NCBI GenBank assembly: GCA_002269645.1
Contig: NIVC01000440.1
Coordinates: 434,001-498,000, forward strand
Direction: 5' to 3'
DNA length: 64,000 bases
Source: Macrostomum lignano
Lineage: Eukaryota
Positions within the stretch are counted from its first letter, which is position 1. Every line of letters starts with the position of its first letter. The notes under the pieces are model-generated. The model worked only from the letters and a program-made list of their open reading frames with translations, had not been told where the DNA came from and did no database searches. Of this stretch, positions 1-12,529 are shown in pieces. The position numbers and the translations under genes were made by a program.

Positions 1-1265
1 CTCTCTCCCTGTCTCTCCTCACTCTCTCCCTGTCCCTCTTCTCACTCTCTCCCTGTCTCTCCCCTCACTCTCTCCGTCTCTCCCCTCACTCTCTCTCCAG
101 TCTCTCCCCTCACTCTCTCTCCAGTCTCTCCCCTCACTCTCTCCCTGTCTCTCCTCACTCTCTCCCTATCCCTCCCCTCACTCTCTCCCTGTCTCTCCCC
201 TCACTCTCTCTCCAGTCTCTCCCCTCACTCTCTCCCTGTCCCTCTTCTCACTCTCTCCCTGTCTCTCCCCTCACTCTCTCCCTGTCTCTCCCCTCACTCT
301 CTCTCCAGTCTCTCCCCTCACTCTCTCTCCAGTCTCTCCCCTCACTCTCTCCCTGTCTCTCCTCACTCTCTCCCTATCCCTCCCCTCACTCTCTCCCTGT
401 CTCTCCCCTCACTCTCTCTCCAGTCTCTCCCCTCACTCTCTCCCTGTCTCTCCCCTCACTCTCTCCCTGTCTCTTCCCTCACTCTCTCCCTGTCTCTTCC
501 CTCACTCTCTCCCCGTCTCTCCCCTCACTCTCTCTCCAGTCTCTCCTCACTCTCTCCCTGTCCCTCCCCTCACTCTCTCTCCTGTCTCTCCCCTCACTCT
601 CTCTCCAGTCTCTCCCCTCACTCTCTCCCGGTCTCTCCCCTCACTCTCTCTCCTGTCTCTCCCCTCACTCTCTCCCTGTCTCTCCTCACTCTCTCCCTGT
701 CTCTCCCCTCACTCTCTCCCTGTCTCTCCTCACTCTCTCCCTGTCCCTCCCCTCACTCTCTCCCTGTCTCTCCCCTCACTCTCTCTCCAGTCTCTCCCCT
801 CACTCTCTCCCTGTCTCTCCCCTCACTCTCTCTCCAGTCTCTCCCCTCACTCTCTCCCTGTCTCTCCCCTCACTCTCTCTCCTGTCTCTCCCCTCCCTCT
901 CTCCCTGTCTCTCCCCTCACTCTCTCTCCAGTCTCTCCCCTCACTCTCTCCCTGTCTCTCCTCACTCTCTCCCTGTCCCTCCCCTCACTCTCTCCCTGTC
1001 TCTCCCCTCACTCTCTCTCCAGTCTCTCCCCTCACTCTCTCCCTGTCTCTCCCCTCAATCTCTCTCCAGTCTCTCCCCTCACTCTCTCTCCTGTCTCTCC
1101 CCTCACTCTCTCCCTGTCTCTCCCCTCACTCTCTCTCCAGTCTCTCCCCTCACTCTCTCTCCTGTCTCTCCCCTCACTCTCTCCCTTTCTCTCTCCTCAC
1201 TCTCTCTCTGTCTCCCCCCTCACTCTCTCCCTGTGTCCCCCCTCACTCTCTCCCTGTCTCCCCTA
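1..1265. repeat. Pyrimidine-rich tandem repeat, ~21-25 bp unit (CTCTCTCCCTGTCTCTCCCCTCA), intronic
   Basis: Degenerate unit read directly; runs off the left edge of the window. Confidence 0.95.
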
Positions 1266-1332
1266 TCACTCACCAATTGGCATGACTGCTGAATAGCCAC
1301 TTGCTAACTTTGCATTCCACCCGACTGCCTAG

Positions 1333-4300
1333 GCTGGAAGATCCACAACGTTCCGGTCTCGTTCCGGCAGAAACTTATTGCCAAATTTTGTCAAAGTTTT
1401 TGCCCAGCAGAAGTTCGTCAGAATTTTCGGATCGACTGGAGAAACTGGCGAAGGATTTTGCGGCAAGTCGGGGAGCCGGCGTGAACTACGAGACGTTCCT
1501 GCAGCTCTTCCACTGCAGGTAAGAGCTTGGGGTGAGCAAACTGGTCTCCGTCACTCAGACTCCGTCACTCAGACTCTGTCACTCAGACTCTGTTACTCAG
1601 ACTTTGTCACTCAGTTTCTGTCACTCAGACTCCGTCACTCCGTTTCTGTCACTCAGACTCCATCACTCAGATTCTGTCACTCAGATTCTGTTACTCAGGT
1701 TCTGTCACTCAGACTCCATCACTTAGACTCCATCACTCAGACTCCATCACTCAGACTCCATCACTCAGACTCTGTCACTCAGACTTTGTCACTCAGACTT
1801 CATCACTCAGACTCTGTCACTCAGACTTTGTCACTCAAACTCCATCACTCAGACTCTGTCACTCAGACTCTGTCACTCAGACTTTGTCACTCAGACTCCA
1901 TCACTCAGACTCCATCACTCAGACTCTGTCACTCAGACTTTGTCACTCAGTTTCTGTCACTCAGACTCCGTCACTCCGTTTCTGTCACTCAGACTCCATC
2001 ACTCAGATTCTGTCACTCAGATTCTGTCACTCAGATTCTGTCACTCAAACTCCATCACTCAGACTCCATCACTCAGACTCATCACTCAGGCTCGATCACT
2101 GAGATTCTGTCACTCAGACTCCATCACTCAGACTCCATCACTCAGACTCATCACTCAGGCTCGATCACTGAGATTCTGTCACTCAGACTCCATCACTCAA
2201 ATTCCGTCACTCAGACTCCGTCACTCAGATTCCGTCACTCAGACTCCGTCACAGATTCCGTCACGAACTTCTAACAAAATCCTGAAGTAAACTAAAGAAA
2301 GCCATATAGAACAGTATATAAGATCCACTGAATTTTACAAAAAACTAAGAATATGATTTATGACTTTCAAGGCTGTATTCGCATGCTTTGGTCACGAGTT
2401 CAGTCTGTACTGACTGAACAGACTGAACAGACTGAGCAGATTACGGCTGTCACGTTATATTTATAGGCTTTATTCTGACAGGTAAGGCGGATTCTTTATA
2501 CGACTTAGCATCATTTGGCTGTATAGAGTTGGCTTTGGCTATCCGAATGACAGCAGAATAAGACTGATGGGCCAAGTCAAGCCATTTAATCTTCTGCTGC
2601 TTGTTTGTGAGTTGGGGAGGAAGCTCAGTCCTCATTCACGGGCTCCGAGAAATTTACTACGTATTTATCTGAATCTCCATTTCAATAATTTTCTTATCAG
2701 TATAGTTGTCTCATTGTGCTAGACAATAGTTTTTCTTAGAAATATTAAAACGTAAAAGGTTTCATTTCCTCTCCTCCCTGTGCCTCCCCCTCCCCCTCTC
2801 CCTCCCTCCTCTCTTTCCCCTCTCACTCTCCTCTCTCTCCCCTCTCACTCTCCCCTCTCCCCTCTCACTCTCCTCTCTCTCCCCTCTCACTCTCCTCTCT
2901 CTCCCCTCTCACTCTCCCCTCTCCCTCTCCCCTCTCCCTCTTCCCTCTCTTCCCCTTGTTTCTCTTTTCTCCCTCCTACAAGCGACCGTCTTCCCTCTCC
3001 TCACTTTACCTCTTCTTCATCTTCCTCTCCCTCCTGCCTCTCCGCAGGCGCCAGTCAGCAGCTCCTTTGGAAGTCATCGCTGACGCGCCTGTCGAAGACG
3101 CCGCAGCGGCCATCGAGCACGTGAGCACAGCGGAAGCGGGCACGCAGTGGTCCAGGCAAGGGACAGCTCGGCGCGAGGTGCAGCCTCGGCACCTGGCCGA
3201 GATTTGCCGGCCGATTTGCGACTCGCTGAGCCGCCACCTGCACCAGGTGGACAAGCTGGTGAAGACCGAGGCGGCCTTCAGCGGCGGGAAGGGCGGCCGA
3301 GTCGACTGGCAGGCATTTCAGGCTCTGCTGATGAGGTTGGCAGTTTGAGTCTGTGGCTGTTCTGTGGCTGTGTCTGTGGCTGTGGCTGTGGCTGTTCTGT
3401 GGCTGTGTCTGTGGCTGTGTCTGTGGCTGTTCTGTTGCTGTGACTGTGGCTATGGCTGTGTCTGTCTGTGGCTGTGGCTTTTCTGTGGCTGTGGCTGTTC
3501 TGTGGCTGTCTGTGGCGGTGGCTTTTCTGTGTCTGTGTCTGTGGCTGTGTCTGTGTCTGTGTCTGTGGCTGTTCTGTGGCTGTTCTGTGGCTGTATCTGT
3601 CTCTGTGTCTGTGGCTGTTCTGTGGCTGTGTCTGTGGCTGTGTCTGTGGCTGTGTCTGTGGCTGTGTCTGTCTCTGTGTCTGTGGCTGTTCTGTGGCTGT
3701 GGCTGTTCTGTGGCTGTGGCTGTTCTGTGGCTGTGGCTGTTCTGTGACTGTGGCTGTCTGTGGCTGTGTCTGTGGCTGTGTCTGTGGCTGTGTCTGTGGC
3801 TGTGTCTGTGGCTGTGTCTGTGGCTGTGTCTGTGGCTGTGTCTGTAGCTGTGTCTGTGGCTGTTCTGTGGCTGTGGCTGTGTGGCTGTGTCTGTCTCTGT
3901 GTCTGTGGCTGTTCTGTGGCCGTGGCTGTTCTGTGTCTGTGGCTGTTCTGTGGCTGTGGCTGTTCTGTGGCTGTGTCTGTCTCTGTGTCTGTGGCTGTTC
4001 TGTGGCTGTGGCTGTTCTGTGGCTGTGGCTGTTCTGTGACTGTGGCTGTTCTGTGGCTGTGGCTGTTCTGTGGCTGTGGATGTGGCTGTTCTGTGGCTGT
4101 CTGTGGCTGTGGCTGTTCTGTGGCTGTTCTGTGGCTGTGGCTGTTCTGTGGCTGTGGCTGTGACTGTTCTGTGGCTGTTCTGTGACTGTGGCTGTTCTGT
4201 GGCTGTTCTGTGGCTGTGGCTGTTCTGTGGCTGTGGCTGTGGCTGTTCTGTGGCTGTGGCTGTGGCTGTTCTGTGGCTGTCTGTGGCTGTGGCTTTTCTG

Positions 4301-7300
4301 TGTCTGTGGAACTTCAAAGGCAGCTTCAAGAGCAGCGGTACCCAGAAAAGCGAACAATCCCACAACCGAACAGGGCGGCCTCGTGTTTCATGTCTCTGTG
4401 CTGAATGGCTTGAGCTCTTCGTTTATTGAGGAAAATTCCCCAATCCTTTCTCTGTTTGAGTCCTTGCAGCTGGATGCAATAAATTTCCCCCACGCAGTCT
4501 TTTCTCTCGGGTAAATTCCAGAATTTCAGAAATTTCCACCTGGCTTGAGAATCTGCATTGTTTTTGAATTGCTTTGAAGCGCCGATGAAGCAGGATTCTG
4601 GATTTTTTCCCACGGGACGCTGGCTCATTAAGGAAGTCATCCCGCCTGCTCGATGACCCTATCATTGCACTTGCTGTGTCATCTTGCTAGGAAACTGCTA
4701 ATCTCACCTGCTCAGAATTGCACCTGCGAGAGAGATTTTTGCCTGTGAATTTCTATCTGTCTGCTTTGCTAAAGAATATTTGCACTGCCAAACACCCGAC
4801 AGAATCAATGCAAAAGTCAGCCCCGAGGAGGCTGAGGGAATCTGGTTGAGTCTGACCGATGGCTGCTCGGCAATCCCCTTTCGTGAGGTGTTCGCGCGGC
4901 TCTGGACTCTGGGAAAAGCTGACAGTGAGAAATGATCTCTTCTGGGTGTTTTTTGGTGACAATCTGCTTGCGTGATGGCATTATCTTCCAGTAAGATGAA
5001 GTGACTTCAGAAAAAAATGTAACTTCTCATGATGTAATGTAGCTTCAGGTGGTGTAATGTAGCTTCAGGTGAGGTAATGTAGCTTCAGATGGTGTAATGA
5101 AGCTTTAGATGGTGTAATGTAGCTTCAGATGGTGTAATGTAGCTTCAGGTGAGGTAATGTAGCTTCAGGTGAGGTAATGTAGCTTCAGGTGAGGTAATGT
5201 AGCTTCAGGTGAGGTAATGTAGCTTCAGGTGAGGTAATGTAGCTTCAGGTGAGGTAATGTAGCTTCAGGTGAGGTAATGTAGCTTCAGGTGAGGTAATGT
5301 AGCTTCAGGTGAGGTAATGTAGCTTCAGGTGAGGTAATGTAGCTTCAGGTGAGGTAATGTAGCTTCAGGTGAGGTAATGTAGCTTCAGGTGAGGTAATGT
5401 AGCTTCAGGTGAGGTAATGTAGCTTCAGGTGAGGTAATGTAGCTTCAGGTGAGGTAATGTAGCTTCAGGTGAGGTAATGTAGCTTCAGGTGAGGTAATGT
5501 AGCTTCAGGTGAGGTAATGTAGCTTCAGGTGAGGTAATGTAGCTTCAGGTGAGATAATGTAGCTTCAGGTGAGGTAATGTAGCTTCAGGTGAGGTAATGT
5601 AGCTTCAGGTGAGGTAATGTAGCTTCAGGTGAGGTAATGTAGCTTCAGGTGAGGTAATGTAGCTTCAGGTGAGGTAATGTAGCTTCTTATTAATCGCCTA
5701 CACCGCTCAGAACTCAGCCTCAGGTCCTCGCTGCTCCACCACTCGGAGTCTCAGAAGCGCCCAAAGCAGCAAAACCGGATGAGTTTGAAACCTCGCAGCG
5801 GCCAGCAGCCGATGAGGCAGTCCGGATGCGGGGCAGCCGCGACCTTCGAGCCGCCTCCGGGGCCAAGCGTCGAGGCCGTCCTTCGGCGGTGTCGCGACAA
5901 AGTGCAGTCGAACCTGGACCGACTTAGACAGGAGTTCGCGTCCTTCGACCCGCAGGGATCTGGTCGTGTGCACCAGGACTGCTTTCTGGTTCGTGTGGGC
6001 TGATATTGATTGCTTTGTGGGTATGGAAGGAGCGTCAGGAAAGGCAATGGAGCTTCAGTTGGATCAGTGACTTCAGCTTCAGTTGGATCAGTGACTTCAG
6101 CTTCAGTTGGATCAGTGACTTCAGCTTCAGTTGGATCAGTGACTTCAGCTTCAGTTGGATCAGTGACTTCAGCTTCAGTTGGATCAGTGACTTCAGCTTC
6201 AGTTGGATCAGTGACTTCAGCTTCAGTTGGATCAGTGACTTCAGCTTCAGTTGGATCAGTGAAGCTTCAGTTGGATCAGTGAAGCTTCAGTTGGATCAGT
6301 GACTTCAGCTTCAGTTGGATCAGTGACTTCAGCTTCAGTTGGATCAGTGAAGCTTCAGTTGGATCAGTGAAGCTTCAGTTGGATCAGTGAAGCTTCAGTT
6401 GGATCAGTGAAGCTTCAGTTGGATCAGTGAAGCTTCAGTTGGATCAGTGAAGCTTCAGTTGGATCAGTGAAGCTTCAGTTGGATCAGTGAAGCTTCAGTT
6501 GGATCAGTGAAGCTTCAGTTGGATCAGTGAAGCTTCAGTTGGATCAGTGAAGCTTCAGTTGGATCAGTGAAGCTTCAGTTGGATCAGTGAAGCTTCAGTT
6601 GGATCAGTGAAGCTTCAGTTGGATCAGTGAAGCTTCAGTTGGATCAGTGAAGCTTCAGTTGGATCAGTGAAGCTTCAGTTGGATCAGTGAAGCTTTATAA
6701 ATGTCGAGTTTAAAACCGCTCCAGAACAACCAGGCCTTGAGAATAATTTATTTAGAGTGTTTCTCTAATTTTATTTAGATTTCCAGTCATTAATCTGGGA
6801 TCATTGGAATAATTTTGCTTAACATTTCGTGTTTCACCTCATCTTTTACAAGCAGCAGCAGCTTTTACAATAATTGCTGCCTGGATAAAGGCCGTCTCCA
6901 GTTATAATTACGGATAAATATGGGATTAGCGAAGTGGAACCGCCGGCATCCGAGACGTCCCGGAGAGTGAAAATTTCGAAGCAATTATCGCATCACTCTC
7001 CGCCCGAAAGACTAAAGAGCATCTGAAGCAGCCGAAGGGGCACTATAGCTAATTAGCTCGTATTTCACCTAAAAATACTTTGGCGTCCAAAAGTAGAGAG
7101 CGTCCTTTATTTTGGCGGTGCTTTCTGGGGGTCGGGGGTTGTTGTTTGGGGGTTTGGTGTTTGGGGGTTTGGTGGTTGGGGGTTGGTGTTTGGGGGTTGG
7201 TGTCTGGGGGTTGATGTTTGGCGCTTGGTGTTTTGTGGTTGGTGTTTGGCGCTTGGTGTTTGGGGGTTGATGTTTGGCGCTTGGTGTTTGGGGGTTGGGG

Positions 7301-9014
7301 GTTGGTGTTTGGTGGTTGGGGGTTGGGGGTTGGTGTTTGGTGGTTGGGGGTTGGGGGTTGGTGTTTGGTGGTTGGGGGTTGGGGGTTGGTGTTTGGGGGT
7401 TTGGTGGTTGGGGGTTGGTGTTTGGGGGTTGGTGCACAGAATATGTGGGTTGGTGTTTGGGGGTTGATGTTTGGCGCTTGGTGTTTTGTGGTTGGTGTTT
7501 GGGGGTTGATGTTTGGCGCTTGGTGTTTTGTGGTTGGTGTTTGGGGGTTGATGTTTGGCGCTTGGTGTTTTGTGGTTGGTGTTTGGGGGTTGGGGTTGGG
7601 GGTTGGGGTTGGTGTTTGGGGTTGGGGGTTGGTGTTTGGGGGTTGGGGGTTGGGGTTTGGTGTTTGAGGGTTGGTTTTTGGGGGTTGGTGTTTAAATTTG
7701 ATATTTCAGGTTTAAAGCTGACGTTTTAGGGTTGGGATTTTCGTGACTAGGGTTAGGAATAGGTTAGTACACAAGTAAGCATATTTTTTCTTATCACATC
7801 CTTACTCCAGTACGTACTTCCAGTGAACATCTAAGATTTGACCCCAAAGTCGCATATCCGCTGGGTCTTAGTGACAGTAACTTTATTGTACTTTTATTTT
7901 CAGCTACTGGCCGCGTCGGTCGGTCTGCCAGCATCGCAACCGGAGCTGAGACTGCTCTGCGACCGGTTCCTGACTCATGGCCAGGGCGACAGGTGCGTCT
8001 AGATTGGGGTCCGGAAAATGTCTGAACACATCTCATAGTTGAGCATTAGCATTTACTGTCTAGATTGAAGTCTAGATGCCTGTCTAGATCCGCATTTGCT
8101 GTCTAGATTGAAGTCTAGATGCCTGTCTAGATCCGCATTTGCTGTCTAGATTGAGTCTAGATGCCTGTCTAGATCCGCATTTACTGTCTAGATTGAGGTC
8201 TAGATGCCTGTCTAGATCAACATTTACTGTCTAGATTGAGAGAGGTCTAGATGCCTGTCTAGATCAACCTGTCTAGATTTCTACTGTCTAGATTGAGGTC
8301 TAGATGCCTGTCTAGATCAACGTCTATTTACTGTCTAGATTGAGGTCTAGATGCCTGTCTAGATCCGCATTTACTGTCTAGATTGAGGTCTAGATGCCTG
8401 TCTAGATCAACATTTACTGTCTAGATTGAAGTCTAGATGCCTGTCTAGATCCGCATTTACTGTCTAGATTGAAGTCTAGATGCCTGTCTAGATCCGCATT
8501 TACTGTCTAGATTGAAGTCTAGATGCCTGTCTAGATCCGCATTTACTGTCTAGATTGAGGTCTAGATGCCTGTCTAGATCCCATCACATTCGTCCCCCTT
8601 CTGCCCCCACTGCAGCGGGAGTCGCAGATTTGACTATCTGAAATTCCTCGCCTATTTCAACTTCAAGTCGTCCCTGTTTGTCGAGGCAGCGGTTGACAAA
8701 GACAAGGTGAGGCTCTCTTAATTACACGTAGCGATCCTCTGAGACCTGTCAATCAGTGAATCGTGAATTATCCTGCAGCTCGCGCGGGACTGGAGACAGC
8801 TGATTCAGTACTGCAGGCGAAGCGACCCAGACAGAAGGAACCACGTGAGCCGGCAGCGCTTCAAACTCGCACTGCATCAGATTCTGGCTGTCAAACTAAC
8901 CACCGCCAGCTGAACCTGGCCCTGCGAGAGCTGGGATTCGAGCCCGAGACCACTATGATCAATTATTTCAAGCTTGTTGAACGATTGTTGGACTTGTTTG
9001 CTAAAAAGTCTTGA
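1333..9014 (+). CDS. Multi-EF-hand calcium-binding-type protein (EFCAB6-like architecture), 3' part; apparent 1-nt frameshift in last exon
   Basis: Exons with GT-AG ends and matching phases: 1333-1518, 3048-3335, 4803-4924, 5711-5988, 7904-7992, 8628 (alt 8616)-8706, 8779-9014. EF-hand-like segments recur: DPQRSGLVPAETYCQIL, LRQEFASFDPQGSGRVHQDCF, RFLTHGQGDRFDYLKFL, SDPDRRNHVSRQRFKLAL, TTMINYFKLVERL. The 5' end lies outside the window. Confidence 0.75.
1546..2265. repeat. 14-bp tandem repeat (TCACTCAGACTCYG), intronic
   Basis: Unit read directly; accounts for the ORFs called between 1378 and 2290. Confidence 0.95.
2765..3040. repeat. CT-rich low-complexity repeat ending at the 3047/3048 acceptor
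   Basis: CTCTCCCCTCTCACT-type units seen directly. Confidence 0.85.
3349..4306. repeat. Degenerate CTGTGG/CTGTT/CTGTGT short-unit repeat, intronic
   Basis: Seen directly; generates open frames on both strands. Confidence 0.95.
5030..5687. repeat. 20-bp tandem repeat (AGCTTCAGGTGAGGTAATGT)
   Basis: About 27 near-identical units plus a few 5' variants. Confidence 0.97.
6051..6695. repeat. 24-bp repeat (AGCTTCAGTTGGATCAGTGACTTC) switching to a 20-bp deletion variant
   Basis: 24-bp units dominate to ~6350; 20-bp units lacking CTTC run to 6695. Confidence 0.97.
7133..7690. repeat. G/T-rich repeat (GGTGTTTGGGGGTTGGGGGTT variants)
   Basis: Seen directly; many G4-5 runs on the + strand. Confidence 0.93.
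8050..8580. repeat. ~43-bp tandem repeat with three TCTAGA palindromes per unit
   Basis: Unit ATTTACTGTCTAGATTGAGGTCTAGATGCCTGTCTAGATCCGC. Confidence 0.95.
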
Positions 9015-9054
9015 AGTTGCTTATTAGATAGGAAGAGATAGGTACACATGGGTG

Positions 9055-9678
9055 AGAAGAGACAGGTAGACATAGAGAAGAGACAGGCAGACATAGAGAA
9101 GAGACAGGCAACATAGAGAAGAGACAGGTAGACATAGAGAAGAGACAGGCAAACATAGAGAAGAGACAGGCAGACATAGAGAAGAGACAGGCAGACATAG
9201 AGAAGAGACAGGCAGACATAGAGAAGAGACAGGTGGACATAGAGAAGAGACAGGCAGACATAGAGAAGAGACAGGCAGACATAGAGAAGAGACAGGTGGA
9301 CATAGAGAAGAGACAGGCAGACATAGAGAAGAGACAGGCAGACATAGAGAAGAGACAGGTGGACATAGAGAAGAGACAGGCAGACATAGAGAAGAGACAG
9401 GTGGACATAGAGAAGAGACAGGCAGACATAGAGAAGAGACAGGCAGACATAGAGAAGAGACAGGTGGACATAGAGAAGAGACAGGCAGACATAGGGAAGA
9501 GACAGGTGGACATAGAGAAGAGACAGGTGGACATAGAGAAGAGACAGGCAGACATAGAGAAGAGACAGGCAGACATAGAGAAGAGACAGGTGGACATAGA
9601 GAAGAGACAGGTGGACATAGAGAAGAGACAGGTGGACATAGAGAAGAGACAGGTGGACATAGAGAAGAGACAGGTAGA
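9055..9678. repeat. 21-bp tandem repeat (GACAGGYRGACATAGAGAAGA) just 3' of the EF-hand stop
   Basis: Seen directly; explains ORFs 8963-9778. Confidence 0.96.
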
Positions 9679-10167
9679 CCCAATGAAAAGAGTTAAAAGT
9701 TTTAAACTGGCCCTGCACACAAAAGTTTCTACAAGTCATTTTTTACTTGTTTACACTTTTCACCGCAGTTTCAGTTAAAAATGAGATTGTAAATATTTGT
9801 TTTTATTGTTGAATGAGCGCACATCATGTATTGGAATTTTTACTTTAAACTCAGGCATTGCCCGGATGAGGAGCAAAGGAAGCTGAGGACAGCCCAGATG
9901 AGAATGATATGGAGTGACTCAAGAAAACAACTTCAATTCCTTGAGTCTGCACTCGGTAATCCAGAAAAAATAATTTGCATTTTCATTAACGCAGCAGCCG
10001 CTCATGGGCTCAACTGCCCGAGGTTCGCAGCGAACACCCCACTTTAAGATGGCGAAGTCCATACAGATGAAGGACGGACCAGAATCCTTAAAGAGATGAT
10101 TACCTGTCAGCTTGATGGCTATAGAAGATCAAATATACACGGAATCCTTGAAACCAGACTGAAGTTG

Positions 10168-10992
10168 ATTAGATCTGGATTACACAAAGTGAGAGATGAT
10201 TAGATCTGGATTACACAGAGTGAGAGATGATTAGATCTGGATTACACAGAGTGAGAGATGATTAGATCTGGATTACACAGAGTGAGAGATGATTAGATCT
10301 GGATTACACAGAGTGAGAGATGATTAGATCTGGATTACACAGAGTGAGAGATGATTAGATCTGGAATATACAGAGTGAGATATGATTAGATCTGTATTAC
10401 ACAGAGTGAGAGATGATTAGATCTGGAATATACAGAGTGAGATATGATTAGATCTGTATTACACAGAGTGAGAGATGATTAGATCTGGAATATACAGAGT
10501 GAGATATGATTAGATCTGTATTACACAGAGTGAGAGATGATTAGATCTGGAATATACAGAGTGAGATATGATTAGATCTGTATTACACAGAGTGAGAGAT
10601 GATTAGATCTGGATTACACAGAGTGAGAGATGATTAGATCTGGATTACACAGAGTGAGAGATGATTAGATCTGGATTACACAGAGTGAGAGATGATTAGA
10701 TCTGGAATATACAGAGTGAGAGATGATTAGATCTGGATTACACAGAGTGAGAGATGATTAGATCTGGATTCCACAGAGTGAGAGATGATTAGATCTGGAA
10801 TATACAGAGTGAGATATGATTAGATCTGTATTACACAGAGTGAGAGATGATTAGATCTGGAATATACAGAGTGAGAGATGATTAGATCTGGATTACACAG
10901 AGTGAGAGATGATTAGATCTGGAATATACAGAGTGAGATATGATTAGATCTGTATTACACAGAGTGAGAGATGATTAGATCTGGATTACACA
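10168..10992. repeat. 31-bp tandem repeat (GATTAGATCTGGATTACACAGAGTGAGAGAT)
   Basis: 31-bp period read directly. Confidence 0.96.
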
Positions 10993-11606
10993 GCGCGCTA
11001 AACTTCAGAGACGGTGAGGCAGGAGAGGGGAGTTATGAATGAGGATAAACAGAGGCACCAGACAGAAATCCCTCTCAGGGAACACAAAAGGTCACCTTTC
11101 TATATTTATACTAGACTTATCTCTACGAAATTCTGCTATCAATCCAGCAGACCAGCATCCTTGGACTGACAGTTGTCAGAAATGCTCAAGTTATTAAATG
11201 CGCCAAGCTGTTCTCGCAGGCAGTAGCCATATTCTTCCCATATGCCAACTTTTTATCCCAGGGGATTGCTGGGTGAAAAGTTAATTGGTGCAAATTCTTA
11301 GGGTCCGAGTTGCTCGCGGCGGACACCGGAAAAATGCAATTTCAACGCGAATTAACAAATTATTAATGAAACAACGCTGTCAGTTGTGTTTGTATATATT
11401 TCTGCAGTTGGGGCGTGCTTTGCACGAATGCAATTAAAAAGCGATTAGATTAGATTGGTAATGCTTTGAAGTCTCGCGATAGACTTTCAGTTGCCATGAG
11501 AACATCGGTTGGAAAAGTATTGAAAAAAACCATAGACAAAAAGGCGCGGTTTTGAAGCGGGGGAAAATATTCATCGAATCTTCATCAGAGCTCAGAAAAA
11601 GCCTTA

Positions 11607-11979
11607 GATCTGCTTCAGCAGCAATCCTGGATTCCCAGATCTGCTTCAGCAGCAATCCTGGATTCCCAGATCTGCTTCAGCAGTAATCTTGGATTCCCAG
11701 ATCTGCTTCAGGAGCAATCCTGGATTCCTAGATCTGCTTCAGCAGCAATCCTGGATTCCCAGATCTGCTTCAGCAGCAATCCTGGATTCCCAGATCTGCT
11801 TCAGCAGTAATCCTGGATTCCCAGATCTGCTTCAGCAGCAATCCTGGATTCCCAGATCTGCTTCAGGAGCAATCCTGGATTCCCAGATCTGCTTCAGCAG
11901 TAATCCTGGATTCCCAGATCTGCTTCAGCAGTAATCCTGGATTCCCAGATCTGCTTCAGCAGCAATCCTGGATTCCCAG
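11607..11979. repeat. 31-bp tandem repeat (AGATCTGCTTCAGCAGCAATCCTGGATTCCC)
   Basis: 31-bp period read directly. Confidence 0.96.
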
Positions 11980-12529
11980 AGTAATTATTCATCTAACACA
12001 CAAACTTTAAAGTTCAAAGTTAACTTTGGGTGCCCAATTTCACTTCTTAACAAGCCACCACAACAGCAAACTATATAGATACACATTGAACAAGCACAGT
12101 TAGCAAGCAAATTAGAAACTGTGTCAGAACAACATAGGCTTACAGTACTAAAAGTAATCAACGAACAGTTCACATAGGGGACTCTCCCGGGAATTCAGAT
12201 AGATAGCAGACACAATTTAGACTACAGAAACCAGTCTTTACCCAAAAGCGCAAACAAATTTTCCAGATATAGGAATAAGATATAGGATAAGATATAGGAT
12301 ATCTTATATATCTTATATCTAGATATAGGAATAAATTATCCTCCCAAAAGCAGAATTTTGAGCACCCTGGTGCAAGGCCTTCTGTGACACCTTCCCACTG
12401 CCAGCGCTGAGGGGTGTGAATGGCGCAATAACTCCCTCAGCCAATTTTCGTTCACAGAGAGACCCACCAGAGACGCATAAGAGCAGCGAGATCAGCTCAA
12501 AATTCCACCGCAGTTCTGGAGCGTCCTTG

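Noticed and set aside
1378-4514. Long His/Ser/Gln- or Cys/Gly/Val-rich ORFs
   Set aside because: They are intronic repeat translations; the true exons are 1333-1518 and 3048-3335.
9233-9778. ORF (DIEKRQA/V)n resembling a neuropeptide precursor (KR sites, N-terminal Gln) or coiled coil
   Set aside because: It is a translation of a 21-bp repeat. There is no signal peptide or ATG context, an upstream 20-bp unit breaks the frame, and the opposite strand is equally open.
9826-10047. Possible exon with AG/GT ends
   Set aside because: It lies after the EF-hand stop, with no recognisable product or linked exons.
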